Of a stretch of DNA of 64,000 bases, positions 21,800 through 32,217 are shown in pieces. This stretch comes from an uncultured virus (IMG/VR IMGVR_UViG_3300031413_000586) (taxonomy: Duplodnaviria; Heunggongvirae; Uroviricota; Caudoviricetes), in IMG/VR virus record IMGVR_UViG_3300031413_000586; one strand, written 5' to 3'. How positions within the stretch are numbered: position 1 is the stretch's first letter; each line of letters opens with the position of its first letter. The translations under genes were made by a program, and so were the position numbers. The notes below the pieces were generated by a model. It worked only from the letters and a program-made list of their open reading frames with translations. It had not been told where the DNA came from and did no database searches.

Positions 21800-22810
21800 A
21801 TGATTAGAATTGCAATTAATGGTTTTGGAAGAATTGGCAGAAACGTTTTACGTGCTTTTTATGAGCATACACACTATAGAAATGAAATGAAAATTGTAGC
21901 GATTAATGATCTTTCAAAAGTTGAGCATTCATTTCATCTGCTTAAATTTGACAGCATACATGGTCATTTTGATAAAAATATGAGTTACACAAATGACAGT
22001 ATTATAATCAACAATGACGAAATACATTATTCGTCTTTTAAAGAAGCTGCGGATCTTCCTTGGAAAATCCTTGATGTTGATATTGTTTTGGATTGTACAG
22101 GAAAATACACCAGCAAGGAAAAAGCGTTAGCTCATATTGAAGCGGGGGCAAAAAAAGTAATCATTTCAGCACCTTGTGATAATGCTGATAAAACCATTGT
22201 TTGGGGTGTCAACGATGATACGTTGACTGCATCTGATTTAGTAATCTCTAATGCTTCTTGCACCACCAATTGCTTAGCTCCGGTGGTTGCTCTTTTGCAT
22301 AAGGAATTCAACATTGAATCAGGTTTTATGACAACTATTCATTCTTATACAGGTGATCAACGTTTAATTGATACTGATCACAGTGATTTATACAGAGCAA
22401 GGGCAGCAGCTTTATCAATGATTCCTTCTAAAACAGGGGCAGCCAAAGCAATTGGACTTATCGTTCCAGAGCTTAAAGGTAAAATAAACGGGTTAGCTAT
22501 CAGAGTACCCACACCGAATGTATCATTGGTGGATTTCACCTGTAATGTAACAAAAGAAACAACCGTAGAATATGTTAATCAATTATTTAAAGAATCCGTT
22601 GGTGCTGTTGTTTACAAAGGTGTACTGGGTTATAATGATGAACCATTGGTATCTGTTGACTTCAATCACAATAAACATTCAAGTGTATTTGATTCTACGC
22701 AAACACTGGTCTATGACAAAACTATAAAAGTATTTGCTTGGTATGATAATGAATGGGGGTTTTCAAACAGGATGCTGGATCTTTCTAGTAGCGTTGGACG
22801 ATTAAAATGA
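21800..22810 (+). CDS. gap: type I glyceraldehyde-3-phosphate dehydrogenase
   Basis: INGFGRIGR, SNASCTTNCLAP, HSYTGDQ, RVPTPNVS, WYDNEWGF. Confidence 0.95.
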   Translation: MIRIAINGFGRIGRNVLRAFYEHTHYRNEMKIVAINDLSKVEHSFHLLKFDSIHGHFDKNMSYTNDSIIINNDEIHYSSFKEAADLPWKILDVDIVLDCTGKYTSKEKALAHIEAGAKKVIISAPCDNADKTIVWGVNDDTLTASDLVISNASCTTNCLAPVVALLHKEFNIESGFMTTIHSYTGDQRLIDTDHSDLYRARAAALSMIPSKTGAAKAIGLIVPELKGKINGLAIRVPTPNVSLVDFTCNVTKETTVEYVNQLFKESVGAVVYKGVLGYNDEPLVSVDFNHNKHSSVFDSTQTLVYDKTIKVFAWYDNEWGFSNRMLDLSSSVGRLK

Positions 22811-22893
22811 ATATTCAAAGGCTCTCGTAGCCTTTTTTTATTGACATATATAGTATGAATTTGATATAATTCGCATCATTAAGGAGTTAGAAT

Positions 22894-23847
22894 ATGTCCA
22901 TACAAATTCATAATGCGTATCGTTTGAAGAGTTCCAAATCTAAAGACATTGAAACGGTTAATGAAAAAATAAGATCATTGATAAACAAATATCAGTCTAA
23001 GCAAATTCATATTGAGGCTGCCGATACATTTGTAGATTATCAGTTGACTTATTTGGCCTTTAAAGATGAGTCCAAACAAACCAAGGAAAAAACATTATCA
23101 AATTATCTCAACTATTATCTACACATGTCTGATGAAAAAGAATTGAATTTTCTTGTTTCCACTTTAGAAAGCAGGTTTGGAAGTAGAAAAGATTTTGTTA
23201 GTATTTATGGAAATATGCTTGATCTCATTATAAAATACGATTTAAGTATTAAGATAAATCCTACAGTATGGGTTTATTTTAAAACGGTGGGAAATTATAC
23301 TTATTATATGCTGTGGACACGGAATTCAGAGATTCCAAACAAATTTTTTGCTGACATTGATAAGATAAGTGATAAATTGGAATCATACAATTATTGGGAC
23401 AATACAGATCGCCCTGATGATATTGGTGCAGCCGCTTGGAATCGCCGAGGTTTCATATGGAATAAAATTTTTGATAAATGTTCAAAATACAGTGACTGTA
23501 TGAATACGATACAAATGGCTCCTGTTCTTTATAGACAGTTTAAAATGGAAAACATAATCAATGAGTTACCTGATGATTTTGAGTTATTAAAAAAGTTTTA
23601 TAATGAGCAAAATATTGATATTATTAGTAAATCAGAGATGAAAAAAGAAATACAGGAGCAAGGTTCGTGCAGTGACATGCGAGCAATACGATTAGGCGAA
23701 AAAAAGATTCGTGAAAATATTGAAAATGGCACATTTCTTACATTTAAGGATAAATTATTTAGTCGTGGCTATGATAGAGAATCATTAATTAAAAAGTTAA
23801 TGGTTGAACCTGTTAAGCTCATACCATGCACAAAAGAAAGTGACTGA
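22894..23847 (+). CDS. hypothetical protein, DNTD.PD family, paralog A
   Basis: YFKT+G, DNTDRPD...W..R...W shared with the next gene. Confidence 0.8.
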   Translation: MSIQIHNAYRLKSSKSKDIETVNEKIRSLINKYQSKQIHIEAADTFVDYQLTYLAFKDESKQTKEKTLSNYLNYYLHMSDEKELNFLVSTLESRFGSRKDFVSIYGNMLDLIIKYDLSIKINPTVWVYFKTVGNYTYYMLWTRNSEIPNKFFADIDKISDKLESYNYWDNTDRPDDIGAAAWNRRGFIWNKIFDKCSKYSDCMNTIQMAPVLYRQFKMENIINELPDDFELLKKFYNEQNIDIISKSEMKKEIQEQGSCSDMRAIRLGEKKIRENIENGTFLTFKDKLFSRGYDRESLIKKLMVEPVKLIPCTKESD

Positions 23848-23899
23848 ATTTTTATCACACATTGTTTTTGATATATTTCATCAAATTTAGGAGTTCTCA

Positions 23900-24826
23900 A
23901 TGTCTACAACAGTTTACAATGGTTATATGGTTCCTTTTTCAAATTCAAAAAAAGTTGAAGCAATCAATTTGAAGTTAAGAACTATTTTCACTAAACTATT
24001 AAATGATCACATCATTAATGAAATTGCAAAGATTGCATCTTTGACTGGCAACTACTATATGAATTCCAAGATCCCTACCGATAGAGTGATAGAAGATCCC
24101 ACTTGTGTAGAATTTTTCAAAATACACATTCACGAACTATGTGAAAATTTAGCTTTTGAAGCCTATAAGAAGGCTTTGAGATCAAATGATAATAGCATTA
24201 TAGGTACTGCCACAGCTATTGTTAGAGGTTTTTCTGAATACAATATTGAATCAAATTTAAATTTTAAAAATCAAGGTATCTATTTTAAGACCATAGGCAA
24301 GCGAACTGTTTATTATTTTGCAGTGGACAGTGAAATTATTTCTAAATTTGATGAAATCAATAAAAAAGAAAAGCTATTGCAAGATTTCTCTTTTTTCGAT
24401 AATACTGATAAGCCTGATAATGTTAATTCAGCCGAATGGCGAGTTCGTCATAAAGTTTGGAAATCAGTTTTGAAAAATTCATGTACCTTCTCAGGAGTCA
24501 TGAATCTAATACCTATTGAAATGAAATTTTTTATAAATCAAGAACAATTTATTGATTATATTCCTGATGCACATACTCGATTGAGAAATATTTATAAACG
24601 TACTCGTGTTGATGAAATCGTTAAACAGTTTAAAGAAGCTTCATTAAATTCAGACGATATCGAATCATTTGATTTAAGTTTTTATACAAATGCACTTTTT
24701 GACGCCAGCGAAATAGTAATAAAGGAAATAGATGACGGTTTGTATTTAAACTCTAAAAAACATCTAGAAATGGTAGATAATCAAGAAGTTTTTATAAACT
24801 TTCTATTTAGTAAAAATGACAAGTAA
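23900..24826 (+). CDS. hypothetical protein, DNTD.PD family, paralog B
   Basis: YFKTIG, DNTDKPD...W..R...W. Confidence 0.8.
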   Translation: MSTTVYNGYMVPFSNSKKVEAINLKLRTIFTKLLNDHIINEIAKIASLTGNYYMNSKIPTDRVIEDPTCVEFFKIHIHELCENLAFEAYKKALRSNDNSIIGTATAIVRGFSEYNIESNLNFKNQGIYFKTIGKRTVYYFAVDSEIISKFDEINKKEKLLQDFSFFDNTDKPDNVNSAEWRVRHKVWKSVLKNSCTFSGVMNLIPIEMKFFINQEQFIDYIPDAHTRLRNIYKRTRVDEIVKQFKEASLNSDDIESFDLSFYTNALFDASEIVIKEIDDGLYLNSKKHLEMVDNQEVFINFLFSKNDK

Positions 24827-24858
24827 AAATCAGCATAGATGTTTATAGGAGTAAAATC

Positions 24859-25551
24859 ATGCCAATTATATCAGAAGAATTTGATGAAGATGATCCAGAA
24901 TATACTTTAAAAAATAAAGATATTTTCAATAAATACTTAATACCATTACTTTCGGATGATGCATTAATAAATATTGAATATGTAGGTGAGCGATATGATA
25001 TTTCTATCAACGAAGGAAAATTCAATGGAGTCAGTTTTTTGGGCTATTATTATGATAATGATATTTCTCTTGAAATAAAGTCTTATGAAGGTTTCAAATT
25101 ATTTTTTGAATTGTTTCCTACTGCAAAGAAAATAGATCTTGTACAATTAAACAATGACATTAATAGATTTAAATTTTTGTATAAATTTATTTTTGGTAAA
25201 GAATATTTCCATAATAAAATAGAAACATTGGAAGATATAAAATTTCATTTTACTTATGATGGACCCAATTATAGTTTTCAGGTTTTCAATCATACCTTTG
25301 AAAATTGCATTCAAGGATTTAGAGTGTATTTTAGTTTTTCAATTAATACTCTAAGTGGAAAATTAGAATCAAATGTGACCTACAGATATACAATTTTGGA
25401 AGCAGGAAAACTTTCAAAACATATTTCTGCCAATAATTATGCACATTTTGAAAAATTATTTACAGACTTTTTTATTTATAAGCAATTGGATATAAAACCT
25501 GAACAATTATGTCTGTGCCATCATCAGGTATTGCACATGATTAACCAATAA
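24859..25551 (+). CDS. hypothetical protein, paralog of 32210..32878, Met(-4) group
   Basis: G.F.G, F++FPTA..+D......DI....F+Y.+I.G shared; ends QVLHMINQ. Confidence 0.75.
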   Translation: MPIISEEFDEDDPEYTLKNKDIFNKYLIPLLSDDALINIEYVGERYDISINEGKFNGVSFLGYYYDNDISLEIKSYEGFKLFFELFPTAKKIDLVQLNNDINRFKFLYKFIFGKEYFHNKIETLEDIKFHFTYDGPNYSFQVFNHTFENCIQGFRVYFSFSINTLSGKLESNVTYRYTILEAGKLSKHISANNYAHFEKLFTDFFIYKQLDIKPEQLCLCHHQVLHMINQ

Positions 25552-25683
25552 AAAAGCTTACTAAGACAAGATATTATGAAAGCTTATATTTTATTTTGTG
25601 ACTTAATTGCAAAAAATAAATAAGATCGCTTTTTTTATATTTTTTTTATGCTATAATCTATAGTAGAAAATAAGGTATTTAAA

Positions 25684-26538
25684 ATGAAAGCGATTAGTTT
25701 GGTTAAAAATCCTATCAAAACAGAAGTCATTGAGTATGAGATTGCTCAACACCATGATATTCTGATTAAAGTCGATACTGCAGGTATTTGTCGTACAGAT
25801 ATCTATGCGGCTGAAAACAAAATTCAGACTAAGGAAACACTGGTATTGGGTCACGAATTTGCAGGTTATATAGAAAAATCAGAAAATTCTTTATTTAAAG
25901 AAGGTGACTTTGTTGTTGTTAATCCTATTTATGAAAATCTTTCCATGTTGGGTGTTGATCATGATGGGTGTTTTTCAAGTCATATCAATGTACCCAGTCA
26001 ACTGGTTTATCATTTTGGTAATTTTCATGATCATCGCATTCCCGCATATGTTGAACCTATTGCTGCTTCCTTGGCACCTTTGAAGAGTCGATTCATTCAA
26101 AAAGAGATGGTAGGTGCAGTGTATGGTGAAAATAGAATTGGAATGCTTACCTATGAAATAATGAAGAAACAAGGTTACAACATTGTAATTGTTGATCAAC
26201 ATCATGACATTGCAGACAATACTTTTGATTATGTAATTGAAACCTTAGCAGTAACAGAAACCTTTGATAAACTTTCAAAAATAATCAAAAAAAATGGTAT
26301 TTTAATATTGAAGAGTCGATATCCCAAGCATATTTCAGTTAATTTCTACGATTATGTTCGTAAAGAAATTTTAATTGAGCCTTTATATTATCATGATTTT
26401 GATTTTGCGATAGACTATGCTAAAAAAAACTATAAAGATTTTTTATATTTATTAGGCGACAGTTATGGTTTGAATAATTGGCAGTCGGCCTTTCATGTAA
26501 GTCAAACGGGTGATAAAAAGATTTTTTTCAAACTTTAA
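25684..26538 (+). CDS. zinc-dependent medium-chain dehydrogenase/reductase
   Basis: GICRTD and LGHE catalytic-zinc motifs, EP motif; no structural-zinc Cys cluster. Confidence 0.85.
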   Translation: MKAISLVKNPIKTEVIEYEIAQHHDILIKVDTAGICRTDIYAAENKIQTKETLVLGHEFAGYIEKSENSLFKEGDFVVVNPIYENLSMLGVDHDGCFSSHINVPSQLVYHFGNFHDHRIPAYVEPIAASLAPLKSRFIQKEMVGAVYGENRIGMLTYEIMKKQGYNIVIVDQHHDIADNTFDYVIETLAVTETFDKLSKIIKKNGILILKSRYPKHISVNFYDYVRKEILIEPLYYHDFDFAIDYAKKNYKDFLYLLGDSYGLNNWQSAFHVSQTGDKKIFFKL

Positions 26539-26551
26539 AAGGATAATATAT

Positions 26552-28408
26552 ATGTGTGGAATTGTAGGTCAAATATCATTTGATAAAAATACCAATAAAT
26601 ACTTTGTAAAAAAAGGACTAACATTGATCAGCCATCGAGGTCAAGATGATAGCAATTATATGGTTACAGATTATGTGTCTATCGGTCATAATCTTTTGAG
26701 CATTACAGGTGAAAAAACTCCACAACCTGTCACTAATCAAGATCGAACCATTTTTGCTGCAGTTAACGGGGAATTTTACAATTATGAGGATATCAAGAAA
26801 GAATTGAACATGAGTTTTCAAACTCAATCTGATTCTGAAATAATTATTCAGTTGTATCAACGTGGTTTATTGTTTAACTACTTGGAGAGTGGAAAACTAA
26901 ATGGTGAGTTTTCTTTCTTTTTATATGACAGCATCAAAAATAAAGTATTATTGGGTAGAGATTCTTTTGGAGTAAAACCACTCTATATTTATCGCGATAA
27001 TGAAAATGTGTATATTTCATCAGAAATTAAGGCTTTCCTTGCCTTGCATACCTTATCATTTGATCAAACATCCCTCTATAGTGTATTGTCTATGCAATAT
27101 CACGACACCTATAATACTCTTTTTGATGAAGTCAAACAAGTACAGCCGGGAACAGTATTAACAATTGATGTCAACAAACGTATCTTTTCAGAAGTTAATT
27201 ATTTCAAAATGCAATTTGAAGACAATAACCAATCTTTAGAAGACAATAAAATCATTCTTCTAGATAAGTTATCTCACAGTGTTAAAAGACGAATGAATAC
27301 TACAAAAAAAGTTGGTATTGCCCTTAGTGGTGGTATTGACTCAGCATCTGTATTGGCATTAGCGTCACAATACACCGATAAATTAAATGCCTATACCATC
27401 AGCTTTAAGAACGGCAAAGACTTTGATGAGTATCAAGCAGCAGAAGAAATGGCTAAAATGTATTCAGCCAATTTTAACCCTATCGAAGTAGATGAAAAAT
27501 TATTATTGGATAATCTTGAAAATTCAATCTACTATTCTGAACAAGTTTCTATCAATATGCATGTTGCGTCAAAATACTTATTGTTTAAAAAAATGTCACA
27601 GGATGGTTGTAAAGTGTCATTGAGTGGTGAAGGTTCTGATGAAATTTTGTTTGGTTATCCTCACTTTAAAATGGATATTGACTCAGTTTCAGGCATGGCT
27701 CAAAATACATATCTCAGTGGGCTTCAAGTACCTGATATCGACATGTTGAATACTGACGGTATTCAAAAATCTTTAGGTTATGTGCCTACTTTTTTAAAGG
27801 CAAAATACTCAATGGGTCATAAGATTCATAAGCATCTACTTCGTAAGGATTATGTTAACCAACATATTAACCATGATCCAGCCAGTTATATTATTCGTTT
27901 ATATGAATTATCAAAAGACACTCACCCAGTGTTCAATTCAAGTTTCTTGTGGACTAAGATTTGTATGAGTAACTATATTTTGAATGCTTTAGGTGATAAA
28001 TTAGAAATGGCCAGCACCATTGAAGGTAGGGTGCCTTTTCTTGATAGAGATTTTTATGACTTTGCTAAAACCATTCCACTTGATCAAAAGATTAAAGGAG
28101 CAAATGAAAAGTTTGTATTAAAAGAAGCGATGAAACCTTATATTTCTGAACGTATCTATAACAAACAAAAACATCCATTTATTGCTCCACCTTTATTTAA
28201 TTGGAAAAACAATAAACATGTCTATGAGCATTTGATGGATATTGTACATTCATCCACTATTTTGAACAGCCCTTTTTTTGATCAGAATAAAATTTTAAAC
28301 ATGATTGACTTGCTGCTGGAAGGAAAGTTGAATGCCAACACGTTTGATCCGGTGGTTATGATGATTTTCAGCTTGTATTATCTTGATAAGAATTTTTGTA
28401 AAGTATAA
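26552..28408 (+). CDS. asnB: asparagine synthase (glutamine-hydrolysing)-like amidotransferase
   Basis: MCGI N-terminus, HRGQD, NGEFYN, SDSE, RDSFGVKPLY, LSGGIDS, SGEGSDE, EGRVPFLD. Confidence 0.92.
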   Translation: MCGIVGQISFDKNTNKYFVKKGLTLISHRGQDDSNYMVTDYVSIGHNLLSITGEKTPQPVTNQDRTIFAAVNGEFYNYEDIKKELNMSFQTQSDSEIIIQLYQRGLLFNYLESGKLNGEFSFFLYDSIKNKVLLGRDSFGVKPLYIYRDNENVYISSEIKAFLALHTLSFDQTSLYSVLSMQYHDTYNTLFDEVKQVQPGTVLTIDVNKRIFSEVNYFKMQFEDNNQSLEDNKIILLDKLSHSVKRRMNTTKKVGIALSGGIDSASVLALASQYTDKLNAYTISFKNGKDFDEYQAAEEMAKMYSANFNPIEVDEKLLLDNLENSIYYSEQVSINMHVASKYLLFKKMSQDGCKVSLSGEGSDEILFGYPHFKMDIDSVSGMAQNTYLSGLQVPDIDMLNTDGIQKSLGYVPTFLKAKYSMGHKIHKHLLRKDYVNQHINHDPASYIIRLYELSKDTHPVFNSSFLWTKICMSNYILNALGDKLEMASTIEGRVPFLDRDFYDFAKTIPLDQKIKGANEKFVLKEAMKPYISERIYNKQKHPFIAPPLFNWKNNKHVYEHLMDIVHSSTILNSPFFDQNKILNMIDLLLEGKLNANTFDPVVMMIFSLYYLDKNFCKV

Positions 28409-28423
28409 ATTAAGGATAAAATA

Positions 28424-31126
28424 ATGAATTTTAAAGAAAAATTGTGGAACACAGCATATGCTAATAGGCACCTGAAAGCTATAGTGGATTTTACTTATAG
28501 TAAAGAATATACGTATCAAGACCTTATCGACTTTTCAGAAGGTTTTAGAGCAATGAATATTCAACATAAAAAGATTGGTATTTTTATGGATAAGTCTGCC
28601 GATTATATCGCTGCTGTGTTCTCTGTTACCTTGTCTAATAATTCTTTTGTTCCACTTGATCCTTCATTGCCTATCGATAGACTATCTTTTATTATAAATG
28701 ATGCCAATATTGATTGTGTGATGACCAATGAAAATTTTCATAAACATCAGTTACTCAGTAAAATTAATAAACCCATTGTACTATTGAAAAAGTCATCTTA
28801 TCAGCATGAAATTGTTTTTGAACAAGATGCTTTGTTTTACACTATCTATACATCTGGCACAACCGGAGTCCCTAAAGGGGTTGAGTTATCTTTTAAAGGT
28901 ATTGATAACGTAATTTCTCAACAAGTTGATTTGTTTGAACTTGATCATTCCAATATTTATCTATTTTTATCCATTAACTTTGATGCTTCATTGTCTGATA
29001 TTTATTGTTCTTTATATTCTGGTTCAACTCTTTTTATTGATGAATCAATCAAAAAAGAAATATCCAAATTTATTGATTTTGTAAAAGATAATACAATTAG
29101 CTATATAGACATTCCACCTTCTTTTATCAAATTAATCGATCCTAAAACAATGCCATCATTGAACAGTATTGTTATTGGTGGAGAAGTAGCGGATGCTAAT
29201 ACGGTGTGTGACTATGTAAAATACATGAAGGTCATTAATGTTTATGGCCCTACTGAGGCCACCATTTGTACAAGTTATTCGATATGTGATAAAGATTGGT
29301 CAATCCCGTACATTGGACAGCCTTTAAAAGGTGTAAGCTATGCTGTCTTCGACAATAATCTAAATCCTGTTGTCAGTGGAGAAGGAGAACTCTATATTTC
29401 TGGCATCCAGCTTGCTCTTGGGTATACGAACCCTAAGTTAACTACCGAACGATTTTTAAAAATCGATGATATTGTTTATTATAAGAGCGGGGATAAAGTA
29501 TCGGTTACACCAAATGGAATTGAGTTTATAGGGCGAATAGACCGTCAGATCAAGCATAATGGTCAATTAATCTGTCTGGAAGAAATAGAACAGACTATCA
29601 ATTGCTTAAAAGAGATAGAATCTGTTTCTGTTGTCTACAAAAATAAAAAACTATATGCATATTATGAAGGCAGTATAACAAAAGAAAAAATCATAGACTT
29701 TATTGGCTCCATGCTACCCACTTATATGATTCCACATTTTTTCATTAATAATATCATTCCAAAAACAGCTAATGGAAAGAATGACAGTAAATCTTTATCA
29801 AGTAGCAATACGCTATTTGAACATATACTAGGATTGTATTCAGTCATATTGGAAATGTCAGATATAGATGCCTCTAAATCTTTTCGAGAGTTGGGAGCCG
29901 ATTCCATCAATTTCATACAATTGCAGGAAGGCTTGAATAAGTTAGGTGTTTCCATCCCCTATAATTATCTTTTTGATAATAATACCATTGAAGACATTGT
30001 TAATTATAAATATTATCGACAATTAACCAAAAATGAGATTGTGATGGGCTTTGATTTTAAGACATTAAAATCACCTGATACTTTCAATTTCATATCAAAT
30101 CGTGTTGCTTTATGTACAGGAGCGAATGGTTCCTTGGGTATGCATATTCTCAACGATATTGTTGATCACTATGACAAGATCTATTGTTTAATCCGAGCAA
30201 ACAATTACAATGAAGCTGTTGATAAATGGCAAAAAAGTAAAGAAGATTTTTCAATGAATTTTAATGACAGTTCTATTATAATTGTACCAATTAGTAATTT
30301 AGCGGATCAATATATGGGCATGAACTTAGAGGATTATTATACGCTTAGTAAACAAGTTGGTCATATTTATCATAATGCGGCTAATGTCAATAACATGAAA
30401 ACATATAATGAATTGTATAATGACAATGTAATTGCCACTGTTAATGTTTTGAATTTTTCATTTACAGGTTTATTGAAAAAAGTTAATTATGCATCAACCC
30501 TATCAGTTTATGTATCAGGAGAGCATAGTCAAAATGCTATTTTTTATGAAGATGCATTAACAATAGATGATGAAATATTATTTAACGGCTATTCTCAAAC
30601 AAAATGGCTTTGTGACTATTTGATGACATATAGCAATCAATACAATACAATCAAACAATTTAGATTGGGACTTTTGGTGCCAGAGACATTTACTCATAAA
30701 GATCACAATTCATTTTTATACCAAACACTCAGCTTGTTGAAAGCAGCAGATACTGTTCCTTATGATATAAAAAAATCATGTTTTGATTTTACTCCTGTGA
30801 ATTGGGCATCTTCAATTATTGCTGCCATCTCTGTAAGTGATGATAGTGAACATATATACAATGTGACCACTAATAAAAAAGTTTATTATAGTACTCTTGT
30901 TCAACAATTGGATAAAGAAATTATTAATACTGCAACTTGGTTTAAAACGCATTCTGGTTATTTGACACAATTATTAAGTCAACTTTATAAGTTTGAATAT
31001 AAAGATATGAACCTGTTCGAGATGACATATGTTAACACTTTCGATAATGCTCATGTAAAAGCTTTCATTCCTGATAAATCTATAGACATAGACGCTATGT
31101 TGAAATCTTATATTGATAGTATTTAA
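28424..31126 (+). CDS. NRPS-like adenylation-thiolation-reductase (A-T-R) enzyme
   Basis: A domain YTSGTTGVPKG, FDAS, YGPTE, GELYISG, YKSGD, GRIDRQIK, NGK; carrier LGADS; reductase TGANGSLG, HNAA.VN, YSQTK. Confidence 0.9.
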   Translation: MNFKEKLWNTAYANRHLKAIVDFTYSKEYTYQDLIDFSEGFRAMNIQHKKIGIFMDKSADYIAAVFSVTLSNNSFVPLDPSLPIDRLSFIINDANIDCVMTNENFHKHQLLSKINKPIVLLKKSSYQHEIVFEQDALFYTIYTSGTTGVPKGVELSFKGIDNVISQQVDLFELDHSNIYLFLSINFDASLSDIYCSLYSGSTLFIDESIKKEISKFIDFVKDNTISYIDIPPSFIKLIDPKTMPSLNSIVIGGEVADANTVCDYVKYMKVINVYGPTEATICTSYSICDKDWSIPYIGQPLKGVSYAVFDNNLNPVVSGEGELYISGIQLALGYTNPKLTTERFLKIDDIVYYKSGDKVSVTPNGIEFIGRIDRQIKHNGQLICLEEIEQTINCLKEIESVSVVYKNKKLYAYYEGSITKEKIIDFIGSMLPTYMIPHFFINNIIPKTANGKNDSKSLSSSNTLFEHILGLYSVILEMSDIDASKSFRELGADSINFIQLQEGLNKLGVSIPYNYLFDNNTIEDIVNYKYYRQLTKNEIVMGFDFKTLKSPDTFNFISNRVALCTGANGSLGMHILNDIVDHYDKIYCLIRANNYNEAVDKWQKSKEDFSMNFNDSSIIIVPISNLADQYMGMNLEDYYTLSKQVGHIYHNAANVNNMKTYNELYNDNVIATVNVLNFSFTGLLKKVNYASTLSVYVSGEHSQNAIFYEDALTIDDEILFNGYSQTKWLCDYLMTYSNQYNTIKQFRLGLLVPETFTHKDHNSFLYQTLSLLKAADTVPYDIKKSCFDFTPVNWASSIIAAISVSDDSEHIYNVTTNKKVYYSTLVQQLDKEIINTATWFKTHSGYLTQLLSQLYKFEYKDMNLFEMTYVNTFDNAHVKAFIPDKSIDIDAMLKSYIDSI

Positions 31127-31188
31127 TATTGATATTTGATCTTTATTCATGATATAATCAGGCATCTAGAAAATCAGGAGTATCAGCT

Positions 31189-32217
31189 ATGTCTACAATT
31201 GGTGTTGTTATTGGTAAATTCATGCCACTTCATAAAGGTCATATGTATATGATTGAGTTTGCAAAGAATTTTGTCGATGACTTGACCGTGCTGGTTGATA
31301 ATCTTCCTAGTTCAGTTGATACTATGACACTACAAGATAGAGTTGATATTGTTCAAACTACATTTCCTGATATTAAAGTGAAAGGTATTGATGTAATTAC
31401 TTATCAAGAACCAGAAGATGCTCCCGATTTTTGGGAAGCATGGCGAGATTATATTATTCGAAATGTAGGTGCTAAACCAGATTATATTATTGGCTCCATG
31501 GATTATATCAAAAAATTGGCAGAAGTTTTAGAATGTGAATACATTATGGTTGATAAAGATAGGACACATCTGCCTATTTCAGCTACCATGATTAGAAATT
31601 CCATTGATGCTTATATGAATGGTAATCATGATGACTTTTTTAAGGTTAGAGACTTTATTCCTGATGCCACTAATTTGTATTTGACTCGTGACATTTATAT
31701 CGTAGGTGGTGAATCTACAGGAAAAAGTACACTTTCAAAAAAATTGGCAAATCAATTAGAAACGATCTGTGTTAATGAATATGCAATTAAATATATTGAA
31801 GATCATGGTCGAGATTTAAAAGAAAATGATTTAATCAATATTGCAAAAGGACAATTTGCTCAACAAAATACATTTAGGAAAAAAAGCAATCTTTTTTGTA
31901 TTCATGATACCGATATTATTACGACCAAGATTTGGTACAAAAAATTTTTTGGTGCCGATGAAGGTATTTTTGATAACTTGATTGATCGCCAAAAAGATGG
32001 ACTTTATATTTTACTTAAACCTACTATTGATTGGGTTAATGAGGATTATCGTTATTTTGAAGATTCATCTGACAGAAATTGGTTTCATGAAGAATTTAAA
32101 AAAGAACTTGCTCATTATGGTAAAAAGTTTGTTGAATTGAGTGCTAATGATCAATCTTACGATATTATCCTTTCGCAGATAAATTCAATTTGGAAAGGTA
32201 ACTTTTTAAATGACTGA
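31189..32217 (+). CDS. nadR: NadR-like NMN adenylyltransferase / ribosylnicotinamide kinase (no HTH)
   Basis: GKFMPLHKGH, PISATMIR, GGESTGKSTL, DTD. Confidence 0.9.
   Translation: MSTIGVVIGKFMPLHKGHMYMIEFAKNFVDDLTVLVDNLPSSVDTMTLQDRVDIVQTTFPDIKVKGIDVITYQEPEDAPDFWEAWRDYIIRNVGAKPDYIIGSMDYIKKLAEVLECEYIMVDKDRTHLPISATMIRNSIDAYMNGNHDDFFKVRDFIPDATNLYLTRDIYIVGGESTGKSTLSKKLANQLETICVNEYAIKYIEDHGRDLKENDLINIAKGQFAQQNTFRKKSNLFCIHDTDIITTKIWYKKFFGADEGIFDNLIDRQKDGLYILLKPTIDWVNEDYRYFEDSSDRNWFHEEFKKELAHYGKKFVELSANDQSYDIILSQINSIWKGNFLND

Noticed and set aside
21800..22810. Erythrose-4-phosphate dehydrogenase (Epd)
   Set aside because: HSYTGDQ and WYDNE are GAPDH-type signatures
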